Assembly (NCBI GenBank): GCA_964437115.1
Contig: CAYTFE010000001.1
Location: 169,429-233,428, forward strand
Direction of reading: 5' to 3'
Length of the DNA stretch: 64,000 nt
From: an uncultured Fibrobacteraceae bacterium
Lineage (GTDB): Bacteria; Krumholzibacteriota; Krumholzibacteriia; LZORAL124-64-63
Below are positions 28,781 through 38,356 of this stretch, piece after piece. Every line of letters begins with the position of its first letter. Positions within the stretch are counted from its first letter, which is position 1. Under the pieces are notes generated by a model that made no database searches, was not told where the DNA came from, and saw only the letters and a list, made by a program, of their open reading frames with translations. Both the position numbers and the translations under genes were made by a program.

Positions 28781-30499
28781 ATGTTACTTGAGCTTCGCAT
28801 TAATAATCTCGCAATTGTTGATGATTTGTCAATATCATTTGCGGAAGGTTTGACTGTAATTACAGGCGAAACTGGCGCCGGGAAATCTGTCATTGCAGGA
28901 GGATTAAGTTTATTACTTGGTTCCGCTGTAGCTAAAGAGTTAGTAAGACACGGTGAAAGCGAAGCCTATGTTGAGGCAATATTTGAAGTCAATAATATCG
29001 ATCCCCGATATGAACAGATTATAAGAAAAGGCATTCGTATAGGTTCTGATGGTATTATCGTTCTTCGACGGGAAATTCGACTTGAAGGTAGGGGCCGTGT
29101 CCTGATAAATGGTTTGATATCGTCATTGTCAATAATGTCTGATATTGCTTCTCTTTTATTATCAGTTCAAAGTCAGGATCAGAAACGCGAGCTAGGGAAC
29201 AAGTATTTTGCATTGAACTTCCTTGATGAAGTGCTGGATCTTGGGCAACTCAGGAAACAGCATGCATTGTTGTGGAAAGATTGGCGGAATTGTAAGCAAC
29301 TTCTGAATGCTAGAATTGCTGAGGATGAGTTGCTTTCAGAGCACCTTGAGTATATGTCTTACCAGCATAATGAGCTTACAGAGGCAAGACTTGAGTTAGA
29401 TGAAGAAGATCAAGTTGCAGATGAGCTTAAAGTTATCCGCAACCTTACAAGTCTAACAACTGCATCTTCAAAATGTAGTTCAATATTGGACAACTCAGAG
29501 CCCTCAGTTAGACAACTCCTTGCTTCCGCTATTAGCGCTTTGCCTCCAAGCGATTCTTCTGACCGAAAATTAAACGATATCAGGGAGCTATTGATTGCTG
29601 CTGATTCTGAATTGTCTGAGGCATCAGCATTGTTGAATAGTTTCCTGGATTCGTTGCCAACAGATGGGGCTCTGCATGATGAGCTTGAGTCACGTGAGGC
29701 ACTTTATCTGGAGCTGAAGAGAAAGTACAATCTTGATACAGCTGGTATGATTGCTTTAAAAAATGACCTGCAAGATAAAATTCAATCACATGAAACTGCT
29801 TGTTCAGATATTTCGCACCTGGAATCAAAATGTGATTCTGCTTTGTCAGTATTAAAAGAATGTTCTAGGGAGCTTCATAATAAACGAGTCAGTGGGTGGA
29901 AAGATGTAGCTGAAAAGGCTACACAGATTATCCAGAAAATGGATCTGCCAGATTTCCAAATGAGATTTGGCATAAACTATCTAACCTCTGATGAATATGA
30001 TTATGAACTTGAAGGTCATCCTGTTATTGCCAATGAGCATGGTGTGGATGATGTTGTTTTATCGGTCTGCACAAATTCTGGTGAAAAATATGGGCAAGTT
30101 GTTGATATGTCATCTGGCGGTGAACAATCGAGAATATTCCTGGGTCTACTTTCATTGCAAAGAAAGAACAATTATTCTCAGACAATGCTGCTTGATGAAG
30201 CAGATGCTGGTTTAGGTCTGGACTCTGCACAAAGCGTGGCCAGACTATTGAAAACTCTTTCAATAAGTGGGCAGGTATTATGCATTACTCATCTTCCTAC
30301 AATGGCTGTTGCCGGTGATTGTCATTTGTATGTGGAAAAAATAGAACTTGATGACAGAAAGATTGTATCAGTAACACAAGTTTCTGGAGCTGAAAGAATT
30401 GAAGAGGTTGCACGCTTGCTTGGTGGTCAACAGGTGATGGATTCAGAAGGTAAATCTCAATTTAAATATGCTAAAGATTTGCTTTCAAGCAGCATTTAA
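28781..30499 (+). CDS. recN: DNA repair protein RecN (SMC-like).
   Basis: Walker A GETGAGKS, long coiled coil, and C-terminal signature/Walker B (LLDEADAGLG). Confidence 0.9.
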   Translation: MLLELRINNLAIVDDLSISFAEGLTVITGETGAGKSVIAGGLSLLLGSAVAKELVRHGESEAYVEAIFEVNNIDPRYEQIIRKGIRIGSDGIIVLRREIRLEGRGRVLINGLISSLSIMSDIASLLLSVQSQDQKRELGNKYFALNFLDEVLDLGQLRKQHALLWKDWRNCKQLLNARIAEDELLSEHLEYMSYQHNELTEARLELDEEDQVADELKVIRNLTSLTTASSKCSSILDNSEPSVRQLLASAISALPPSDSSDRKLNDIRELLIAADSELSEASALLNSFLDSLPTDGALHDELESREALYLELKRKYNLDTAGMIALKNDLQDKIQSHETACSDISHLESKCDSALSVLKECSRELHNKRVSGWKDVAEKATQIIQKMDLPDFQMRFGINYLTSDEYDYELEGHPVIANEHGVDDVVLSVCTNSGEKYGQVVDMSSGGEQSRIFLGLLSLQRKNNYSQTMLLDEADAGLGLDSAQSVARLLKTLSISGQVLCITHLPTMAVAGDCHLYVEKIELDDRKIVSVTQVSGAERIEEVARLLGGQQVMDSEGKSQFKYAKDLLSSSI

Positions 30500-30558
30500 C
30501 TTTAAAAGCGAAAACGAGTTGACCGATGATTGACCGAACTATACTTTCCCAATACAAT

Positions 30559-30635
30559 GCGCCCGTAGCTCAGCTGGATAGAGCGTCTGCCTCCGGAGCA
30601 GAAGGTCGTGGGTTCAAATCCCGCCGGGCGTACCA
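30559..30635 (+). tRNA. tRNA-Arg (CCG)
   Basis: Acceptor gcgcccg/cgggcgt, anticodon stem-loop tctgc-ctCCGga-gcaga, T-arm ggttcaaatcc, CCA encoded. Confidence 0.85.
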
Positions 30636-30671
30636 TAACTGTTTCCACTCTTTCAGGTTGAGTATAGCATA

Positions 30672-30845
30672 ATGAGAAATTTAATCCTGATAATATTAGC
30701 ATGGGTTGTCATAAGGCGACTAATGCGTTTGATAGATTCATTTTTACAAAATCGGAAAAATGTTAAGCAAAAAGATGCTAGTTATGAACATCTAACCGAC
30801 CAGGAAATTAGTGATGCTGATTACGAAGAAATCAAGAAAAAATAG
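30672..30845 (+). CDS. Possible small membrane protein (57 aa, DUF4834-like: N-terminal TM, C-terminal ...[10 protein letters not shown]).
   Basis: Below the 60-aa ORF-track cutoff, so translated by hand. No convincing SD. Overlaps the next ORF by about 35 nt in another frame. Confidence 0.25.
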   Translation: MRNLILIILAWVVIRRLMRLIDSFLQNRKNVKQKDASYEHLTDQEISDADYEEIKKK

Positions 30846-31197
30846 GAGTTCTTCCTCAGCATATAAGTCACGATTCAGTGGTGATGCAGAATCCTTCCCA
30901 TTACGCCAATATCTTCGTGCAAAAGATGAGATTGTTAGCCGTTCAATTATGGCTGTTATTTTTACCGGTTTTGCAATTGCCCTTTCAGTATTTTCAAAAA
31001 CCGTATTTTTTCTAATTAATCGTCATGGTCAAAATCTTCATAATTCAACCAAATGGTTTGCTGCTGGTTTTGTCTTGATTTTGGTTGCTGTAGCTTTGTA
31101 TCGGTGTTATCGTTGCATCGGGGAAGTAATTGCAATACGACAAGATATAAAATGCTATAAAAAACAGATTGCACAATCTGCGGATGAGCTCGACTAA
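30811..31197 (+). CDS. Hypothetical two-TM membrane protein (128 aa).
   Basis: GTG/ATG start with a CAGGA SD. Basic N-terminus followed by two hydrophobic helices. No recognisable family. Confidence 0.4.
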   Translation: MMLITKKSRKNRSSSSAYKSRFSGDAESFPLRQYLRAKDEIVSRSIMAVIFTGFAIALSVFSKTVFFLINRHGQNLHNSTKWFAAGFVLILVAVALYRCYRCIGEVIAIRQDIKCYKKQIAQSADELD

Positions 31198-31268
31198 AAT
31201 ATCGTGCTTGTTTTTGTTCGTTTCACATAGCTATTCAGTGAGATTCTTTTGTAGGAGAGGTCGCAAAA

Positions 31269-32561
31269 TTGTCAAAATCAAATTTCGAAAGTAAAAATGC
31301 TAAACTTGCAGTAATTGGACTGGGTTATGTCGGCTTACCGCTAGCTGTTGAATATGGTAAGGCTGGTTTTAAAGTTGTTGGAATTGATATTGACCAGAGC
31401 AAAGTTGAGCAGATTAACTCAGGCTCCAGTTATATTATTGATGTCCCAGATAGCGATATTAAGGAATTAGTGGATAAGGGATTATTATCGGCTTCTGTAG
31501 AATCCTCAGTAATATCTGAATGTAATAGCGTAAATATATGCGTACCAACACCATTGGGTAAGACTCAGGACCCGGATATTTCATTTATCGATGCGTCAGT
31601 TGATGCCATTGTGCCCTTTATGCATGATGGATTGTTGATAATTCTAGAGAGTACAACTTATCCAGGGACAACAGAAGAAGTGATACTGCCTAGATTATCT
31701 GAAAATGGAAAAATCGTTGGTAAGGATTTCTACCTTGCTTTTTCTCCTGAGCGAGTTGATCCAGGTAACAAACATTATCAAACAAAAAATATCCCTAAAG
31801 TTGTTGGTGGAGTGACTCCTGAGTGCACTAAAATGGCTGTTAGTCTATACGGTCAGGTTATGGATACAGTTGTTCCTGTTTCTTCATCTCGTGTTGCAGA
31901 GACAGTGAAGCTGCTTGAAAATACCTTCAGGAGCGTAAACATTGGCTTAGCTAATGAAATTGCTCTAATGTGCAGCTCAATGGGAATCAATGTGTGGGAA
32001 GTTATTGATGCTGCCTCAACCAAGCCATTCGGATATATGCCCTTTTATCCAGGCCCTGGATTGGGTGGTCATTGTATTCCAATTGATCCATTCTATTTGT
32101 CATGGAAAGCAAAGCAATCTGGATCTGATGCAAGGTTCATTGAACTTGCTGGAACGATAAATTCAAAAATGCCTGAGCATGTTGTGAATATTACAGCCAG
32201 TGCTTTGAATTCGTATAAAAAACCATTAAATGGTAGCAAGGCTCTTATTGTTGGTGTCTCATACAAACCAAATATCGATGATGTTCGGGAGTCACCTGCT
32301 CTGGATATTATCCAGCTACTTCATGATAAGGGAGCTGAAGTTTCCTGGTTTGATCCTGAAGTTGACTCTTTGACTGGTTTTGATTTTGCAAGGAAAATTG
32401 ATAAGTGGGGGGTTGATGAAATATCCGGCTATGATGTTGCAATAATTGTGACACCACATAGCTCAGTAGATCATCAAGCGATTATTGATGCAGATATTTT
32501 AACTGTTGATACACGAAACGCACTAGGGGCAACCGACAAGGAAAATATTTTCAGTCTGTAA
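31269..32561 (+). CDS. Nucleotide-sugar 6-dehydrogenase (UDP-GlcNAc/ManNAc dehydrogenase; WbpO/TviB/WecC type).
   Basis: TTG start with an AGGAGAGG SD. AVIGLGYVGLP NAD motif, catalytic Cys context (GGHCIP), and the three-domain UDPG/GMD dehydrogenase layout. Confidence 0.85.
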   Translation: MSKSNFESKNAKLAVIGLGYVGLPLAVEYGKAGFKVVGIDIDQSKVEQINSGSSYIIDVPDSDIKELVDKGLLSASVESSVISECNSVNICVPTPLGKTQDPDISFIDASVDAIVPFMHDGLLIILESTTYPGTTEEVILPRLSENGKIVGKDFYLAFSPERVDPGNKHYQTKNIPKVVGGVTPECTKMAVSLYGQVMDTVVPVSSSRVAETVKLLENTFRSVNIGLANEIALMCSSMGINVWEVIDAASTKPFGYMPFYPGPGLGGHCIPIDPFYLSWKAKQSGSDARFIELAGTINSKMPEHVVNITASALNSYKKPLNGSKALIVGVSYKPNIDDVRESPALDIIQLLHDKGAEVSWFDPEVDSLTGFDFARKIDKWGVDEISGYDVAIIVTPHSSVDHQAIIDADILTVDTRNALGATDKENIFSL

Positions 32562-32579
32562 TAGTTAGTAGGGGGAACA

Positions 32580-33521
32580 ATGAAGAAATGTCTAGTTACT
32601 GGGGGAGCAGGGTTTATTGGCTCACATATTTCAGCTGAGCTGGTCAGTCGTGGCTGTGAAGTGACAATATTAGATAATTTATCGACTGGTAAATTAGAAA
32701 ATATGGACTCATTTAAAGACGAAGTTAAGTTTGTTCAGGGTTCCATAACAGATATAAATCTTTTGCAGGAGAGCTTTGTAGGGATTGATACTATTTTCCA
32801 TCAAGCAGCGCTTGCATCAGTTCCAAGAAGTGTTGACGATCCAGTCACTTCTAATGACCATAATGTTAATGGAACTCTCAATGTTCTTGTCGCTGCAAGA
32901 GATGCTGGCGTAGATCGAGTTGTTTATGCCGCAAGCAGTAGCGCTTATGGTGATTCTGATGTACTTCCCAAAGTAGAAACTATGCCATCGAAGCCAATGT
33001 CTCCATATGCTGTTAACAAGTATGTTGGGGAATTGTATTTGAAGGTATTCAATGACATTTATGGACTGAGCACAATTGGGTTGCGTTATTTTAATGTTTT
33101 TGGTGAAAGACAGGATCCCCAAAGCCAGTATGCTGCTGTTCTGCCGCTTTTTATTACTCAATTGTTGACTGGGGATACACCTACAATCAATGGCGACGGT
33201 AGTTTTTCCAGAGACTTCACATATGTTGGCAATGTAGTTCACGCTAACATTTTAGCTGCTCAAATTGATAATCCAGATGGGGCGGTTGTAAATATTGCCT
33301 GTGGGGACAGAATATCTTTGAGCCAACTGTATGAGTCAATATCATCACTTCTAGGTGTTGACAAAGAACCTAATTATGCTGAGACTAGAATAGGTGATGT
33401 ACCTCATTCACAAGCGGATATTTCAATGGCGAAAAATCTACTTGATTATGAGCCGGTAACATCTTTCCAGAATGGCTTGGAAAAAACTGTGAATTGGTAT
33501 GTAGCCGATTCAAGTAAATAA
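32580..33521 (+). CDS. NAD-dependent nucleotide-sugar epimerase (WbpP/TviC/GalE type SDR).
   Basis: VTGGAGFIGSH, a YxxxK motif (YAVNKYVGE) and the extended-SDR fold. Confidence 0.85.
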   Translation: MKKCLVTGGAGFIGSHISAELVSRGCEVTILDNLSTGKLENMDSFKDEVKFVQGSITDINLLQESFVGIDTIFHQAALASVPRSVDDPVTSNDHNVNGTLNVLVAARDAGVDRVVYAASSSAYGDSDVLPKVETMPSKPMSPYAVNKYVGELYLKVFNDIYGLSTIGLRYFNVFGERQDPQSQYAAVLPLFITQLLTGDTPTINGDGSFSRDFTYVGNVVHANILAAQIDNPDGAVVNIACGDRISLSQLYESISSLLGVDKEPNYAETRIGDVPHSQADISMAKNLLDYEPVTSFQNGLEKTVNWYVADSSK

Positions 33522-33537
33522 GAGACTGGGGCTTCTG

Positions 33538-34482
33538 ATGAAAATGATATTTAGATTGCTGATATTTTTGTTGATTCTAATTCCTGCTTTAATATGCGCT
33601 CAAACTGGAGATGAAGTATATCTTCTGGGAGTGAGTGATGTGTTACAATTGAATGTTTTGCAGAGCCCAAATATGGATAGGCAATTGACTGTTAGACAAG
33701 ATGGAACTGTTGTGCTCCCTTCTATTGGTGCCATAGCTGTTGCAGGTTTTTCAGTAGTTGAGGCAGAGCAAATACTTAAAGACAAGCTCGTACTTTATGA
33801 TCGAGCTATCCAAGAAGTGACTTTGTCGATTGTTCAGTTCAATTCTTTACAGATATATATTCTGGGTGCTGTACGTCAGCCGGGCAGTTATACATTTTCC
33901 TCCCAGCCAACTCTTTGGGATTTAATCAGAGAATCTGGTGGAGTGACTGCAGAAGCCGTTTTGACCGATGTGAAAATAATTGCTAACGTTGATGGTGTAA
34001 ATGAATCTACAGACATGGATATTTCTGATCTCGTATCGGGCAACAATTCTGTAGCTCCAACTATTCTCAACTCCGGGGACACAGTTGTTATACCCTCTAC
34101 TTCGCAACTGTTTTTAACATCGTCAGTTTCTGGTGTGCAGGTATTTGGGGGAGTTGCTGCTCCTGGTACTTATCGAATCAAAAATCCAATGAGACTTGTT
34201 GATGTTTTAATGCTTGCTGGTGCTCCAACTGACGATGCTCAACTGGAGAAAGTAATTTGGGTTCATAACGTACATGGTGACCTCTATACCTCTAGTACTA
34301 TTGATTGCAAGTTATTTATGCTTGACGGAGATCTCGCAGGCAACCCGCTTGTATACCCTGGAGACGTTGTTCAGGTCACCTTGAATAGGGGCGGTTTTTG
34401 GAGAACTGTATATCCTTTGATATTAGGTACTCTTACTACAGTTGCTACTGTTGCATTTGCTGTGCATAGGCTTGGATTATAA
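33538..34482 (+). CDS. Polysaccharide export protein (Wza-like: Poly_export plus SLBB domains, C-terminal helix).
   Basis: Signal peptide, a PES-like motif region, repeated SLBB patterns, and a C-terminal hydrophobic helix (YPLILGTLTTVATVAFAV). Confidence 0.75.
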   Translation: MKMIFRLLIFLLILIPALICAQTGDEVYLLGVSDVLQLNVLQSPNMDRQLTVRQDGTVVLPSIGAIAVAGFSVVEAEQILKDKLVLYDRAIQEVTLSIVQFNSLQIYILGAVRQPGSYTFSSQPTLWDLIRESGGVTAEAVLTDVKIIANVDGVNESTDMDISDLVSGNNSVAPTILNSGDTVVIPSTSQLFLTSSVSGVQVFGGVAAPGTYRIKNPMRLVDVLMLAGAPTDDAQLEKVIWVHNVHGDLYTSSTIDCKLFMLDGDLAGNPLVYPGDVVQVTLNRGGFWRTVYPLILGTLTTVATVAFAVHRLGL

Positions 34483-34601
34483 ATATTAAAATAATTGTGC
34501 AGTATGGTGATATTTGTTGTATAGTATGTATGAGATTGATTGGGAGGTTAATCTATTAAATTATATCGACTGTGATGTAGTACAGGCAAAAGGGGGCAGA
34601 A

Positions 34602-35342
34602 ATGAACATAAGGCAATTAATAAATACTCAACAATACCACAAATATTATGAACCAAGTGTTGCTACAGTCAATAGTCCCAGTCAGTTACAGATATTTAGT
34701 TCATCAGAGAAATTCGGTAAAAGACTTTTCGACGTGCTGTTTTCCATCTTTATGATGTCATTGTTCATGTTGATATTTCCTATTATTGCAATAGCCATAA
34801 AAATCGATTCAAAAGGTCCAGTGTTTTATAGTCAAACCAGAATCGGGTTGAATAGAAGAAGACGACATTCAGGAAATACTGAGAATCGTAGATCGCTGGT
34901 TTATCCAGGTCGTCAATTTAAAGTGCTAAAATTACGTACGATGAAGACTGACGCTGAAGCTAATGGTCCGACTTGGGCTACTGAAAATGATAATCGAATT
35001 ACCAAAGTAGGCAAGTTGCTAAGAAGGTTCCGCCTCGATGAATTTCCACAGTTCTATAATGTGTTAAAAGGTGATATGAGCACTATCGGTCCTCGTCCTG
35101 AGAGACTTTGTTTCATTCGTCAGCTTGAAAATGATGTACCAGGTTATAATGAAAGACTATTAGTGCTTCCAGGAATTACAGGTTTAGCTCAAGTAGTTAA
35201 TGGATATGACACAAATTTGGAATCAGTTCGGAAAAAAGTTGCGTTGGATAAACATTATATCAGGAATTATTCAATATTCATGGATTTAAAGATATTAGTT
35301 ATTACAGTATGGGTTGTTATTACAGGTCGTGGAGCCAATTAA
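34602..35342 (+). CDS. Small monotopic phosphoglycosyl transferase (second PglC/WbaP-C-type copy).
   Basis: One N-terminal TM. DEFPQFYNVLKGDMSTIGPRP and GITGLAQV motifs. Has a 20-aa insertion rich in R/N relative to the first copy. Confidence 0.8.
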   Translation: MNIRQLINTQQYHKYYEPSVATVNSPSQLQIFSSSEKFGKRLFDVLFSIFMMSLFMLIFPIIAIAIKIDSKGPVFYSQTRIGLNRRRRHSGNTENRRSLVYPGRQFKVLKLRTMKTDAEANGPTWATENDNRITKVGKLLRRFRLDEFPQFYNVLKGDMSTIGPRPERLCFIRQLENDVPGYNERLLVLPGITGLAQVVNGYDTNLESVRKKVALDKHYIRNYSIFMDLKILVITVWVVITGRGAN

Positions 35343-35419
35343 ATAGAATACTTCCTTGCCGATTGTACCCTTAATCTTGTAGATTGTATTGAATCACAGT
35401 CTTCAAATTAGGGGTCTTA

Positions 35420-36814
35420 ATGCAGCCAGTAATTCTTGTCGTTGATGACGAGGCACCAATAATATCATTTCTCAGAAATACACTTGAGCAGCAGGATTAT
35501 AAAGTCGTTTCTGCCAGTGCAGGCCTGAGAGGTGTTGAAACAGCTAGTAAAGAGCAACCACATTTAGTACTTCTGGACTATATGCTTCCTGATATTGATG
35601 GCCTGGAAGTTATGCGTCGAATCCATCAGCAATATCCTAGCATGTGCATTATAATGATGACTGCTGATTCTACAGTAGCCACAGCAGTTAAGGCTATGCA
35701 TCAAGGTGCATTTGATTATATATCCAAGCCTTTCAATCTTGAGCAGCTTTTGGCATCGGTTAAGCGAGGACTTAAAGCATCCCTGGAAACTCGCGAATTA
35801 TTATTATTGAAAAGAACTGAAGGCAGTTCCTCAAATAGAGAACCTGAGGTAACTGATCTACCTGCATTGAGTTCAATTCTTGGCTCATCTCTTTATCAAG
35901 CATTTGATTCTGGGAAAACAATTTTGCTTGAAGGGGAGAACGGTGTCGGGAAAAAGTCATATGCAAAGCATTTATATGAAAAGTCAGACTTTGCTGCAGG
36001 TCCATTCTTAACTTTAAATTGCTCACTGCTGCCTGATGATGAAATAGAATCTGAATTATTTGGTGCAAACATTGATGAGTCGGACAGTCATACCAATACG
36101 GGTTTGCTGGAACTTTCTCATAATGGCGTGCTGTTTTTAGAGGAAATAGCTTCATTACCTTTATCGGTTCAGAAATTATTGTTAGACTCTATCAAAACTG
36201 GTACGTTTGTTCGTGTTAATGGACAAGCAAAGATTCATTCTAATTTCAAGCTGATTGTTAGCACTTGTAAAAATTTGCAATTGCTTGTTGATCAAGGGGA
36301 ATTTAGTGAAGATCTTTACTTCTTATTAAAAGCTACAGGCTGTGTAATTCCTCCACTAAGAGCACGAAATAGTGATATTATGCCAATTGCCCAGCATTAT
36401 CTTAGTCACTATAATGCTGTCTATCATAGACGAATTGCTGGCTTTAAACTTGATGCTGAACTTGCTATGGAGTCTTATCACTGGCCAGGCAATTCACGCG
36501 AATTGAGCAACTCAATTGAGATGGCAATCTTGAAAGCCGACTGTGACCTTCTTGAACCTGTTCATCTTGGGTTAACTCCGTCAGGCAAAACGGTTGAAAA
36601 TGACATTATCTCTAATATAGTTTCAGCAATGAGCCGGCCTCTTGATGAAGAGCCTGTTGATCTTGAAGTATTGTTGAATGAACTTGAAACAATACTAGTG
36701 TCAAAAGCAATGTCTGCAGCTGGTGGAAATAAAAGCAAAGCAGCACGATATCTTGGTCTGAACAGAGATAAAATTCGATATCGATTGAAAGCCCTTGCAG
36801 AGGAGCAGAATTGA
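35420..36814 (+). CDS. NtrC-family response regulator (receiver + AAA+ + Fis-type HTH) lacking the GAFTGA sigma-54 contact motif.
   Basis: Receiver domain (VVDDE...LLDYMLPDIDG). Walker A GENGVGKK, Walker B LFLEEI, and an Arg finger (PPLRAR). The position of ELFGHEKGAFTGA reads ELFGANIDESDSHTNTG. C-terminal HTH AARYLGLNRDKIRYRLK. Confidence 0.8.
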   Translation: MQPVILVVDDEAPIISFLRNTLEQQDYKVVSASAGLRGVETASKEQPHLVLLDYMLPDIDGLEVMRRIHQQYPSMCIIMMTADSTVATAVKAMHQGAFDYISKPFNLEQLLASVKRGLKASLETRELLLLKRTEGSSSNREPEVTDLPALSSILGSSLYQAFDSGKTILLEGENGVGKKSYAKHLYEKSDFAAGPFLTLNCSLLPDDEIESELFGANIDESDSHTNTGLLELSHNGVLFLEEIASLPLSVQKLLLDSIKTGTFVRVNGQAKIHSNFKLIVSTCKNLQLLVDQGEFSEDLYFLLKATGCVIPPLRARNSDIMPIAQHYLSHYNAVYHRRIAGFKLDAELAMESYHWPGNSRELSNSIEMAILKADCDLLEPVHLGLTPSGKTVENDIISNIVSAMSRPLDEEPVDLEVLLNELETILVSKAMSAAGGNKSKAARYLGLNRDKIRYRLKALAEEQN

Positions 36815-37308
36815 AATTCATAATACTACTTTTAGTAGCGATTGCCTTTTTACCAGGATGTGGGATTTATTCTGCATCATCAGGCAGAGTTGATGACTCG
36901 GTTAAAGAAGTCAGCATTCCATATTTGGTAAATGAAACTGCAGAACCTGGCATCGGACTAGAATTAACAGATGCAATAGTTGAAGCTATTCAGACTGATA
37001 ATACATTGAAAATTGTTGACGATTCAATCTCCAGTTCGGAAATAACAGGTCGTGTAGTGAGGTATAAACTCAAAGAAGCATTTACAACCTCTGATTTAAA
37101 GGTTGATGAGTACCAGGTACAGATTCTTGTAGAATTGTCGATGCGAGTAAAGGGTGCAGATTCTTACTTGTTTGAGAACAAAAAAATTGCTGGTACAGGA
37201 AACTATATTCTTGATGACCCTGAAGGAACTTCTGAACAAACTGCCCGAGTAGAAGCAGCTGGTGAAATTGTTCGAGAAATATTGGCTACAATTGTGGAGG
37301 ACTGGTAG
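36811..37308 (+). CDS. lptE: LptE-like LPS-assembly lipoprotein.
   Basis: TTG start overlapping the regulator's stop (TTGA). Lipobox LPGCG. About 165 aa, and positioned immediately upstream of holA as in the E. coli leuS-lptE-holA arrangement. Confidence 0.45.
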   Translation: MKFIILLLVAIAFLPGCGIYSASSGRVDDSVKEVSIPYLVNETAEPGIGLELTDAIVEAIQTDNTLKIVDDSISSSEITGRVVRYKLKEAFTTSDLKVDEYQVQILVELSMRVKGADSYLFENKKIAGTGNYILDDPEGTSEQTARVEAAGEIVREILATIVEDW

Positions 37309-38336
37309 TGGCCAAACGGAAATCTCCTGGAAATAACATTGAAACTCTCCGATCTGAATTTAAATCGGGCTCAACCAAGCAGATCTATCTACTTGAAGGG
37401 GAGAACCCAGATAAGGTCAGAGGTGTTGTAGATTATTTATCGAAATCTTTACTAGGAGAATCGGGAGCTGCTTTCAATTTTCACAAATATGATGGCGACC
37501 AGCATGGAATAGACAAGGTATTGCAACAGTCTGTTACCATACCGATGATGTGCAATTGTCAGGTGTTATGGATTAAGAACGCAGAAAAATCTGTTGCCGA
37601 TCAAGCATTAGAAGAGGCTTTAATTAACTATTTTGATAAACCAGAAAATTCTACTGTAATAATATTTTCTGCAAATAAATTTGATGGCAGAAAGAAGTGG
37701 GTCAAAAGTGCAAAATCGTATGGTTATTTCTATGATCTTAATCCTCCAAAGGGATTTGCTCTTGTAAATTCTACAATTACTGAGGCAAAAAAGCATGGTT
37801 TAATTCTTGATGATGAGCTTGCTGGACTACTAGTTGAGATGACTGGTGAGGATCAGGTAGCCATTACAACCGAGTTAGCGAAAATTGCATTGATTGTAGA
37901 TGATAATGGAGTTGCAAAAAGAGATGAGATTCTTAAAATAATCTTGGATCAACGCTCTGTTGATGTGTTTTCCTTTGTTAATGCAATTGGGCCTGGGAAG
38001 ACTGCCACTGGACTTGAGGTATTTAGAAAATATCTTGCAGAAGGCAGATCTGTTTATGAAATTGCGCCTTTACTGATATGGAAAATCAAGCAAATAGTTT
38101 TGGTTCAGTCTTTGCTTGATGAAGGTGTTTCGGAAAACGAAATTCCTGGTCGAGCTGGAATGTCTCCATATGCAGCAAAGCAATCTGTTTTAGCTGCTAG
38201 AAACTGGGGATCAAGCGGGGTTAAAGCAGCACTATTTGCATGCAATCAGTGTGAAAAAGACTTAAAAGGTAGTCCTCTTGGGCCCGAAATTGTTTTAGAG
38301 AGAACTATTCTCTCAATATGTAATCCTGATTCTTGA
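37308..38336 (+). CDS. holA: DNA polymerase III delta subunit.
   Basis: GTG start overlapping the lptE stop (TAGTG). IYLLEGEN N-terminal pattern, about 340 aa, and conserved position after lptE. Confidence 0.65.
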   Translation: MAKRKSPGNNIETLRSEFKSGSTKQIYLLEGENPDKVRGVVDYLSKSLLGESGAAFNFHKYDGDQHGIDKVLQQSVTIPMMCNCQVLWIKNAEKSVADQALEEALINYFDKPENSTVIIFSANKFDGRKKWVKSAKSYGYFYDLNPPKGFALVNSTITEAKKHGLILDDELAGLLVEMTGEDQVAITTELAKIALIVDDNGVAKRDEILKIILDQRSVDVFSFVNAIGPGKTATGLEVFRKYLAEGRSVYEIAPLLIWKIKQIVLVQSLLDEGVSENEIPGRAGMSPYAAKQSVLAARNWGSSGVKAALFACNQCEKDLKGSPLGPEIVLERTILSICNPDS

Positions 38337-38356
38337 GTAACTGAAAGGACTCTAAA

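Noticed and set aside
30502-30702. 66-aa minus-strand ORF over tRNA-Arg(CCG).
   Set aside because: It is antisense to a tRNA gene. Spurious.
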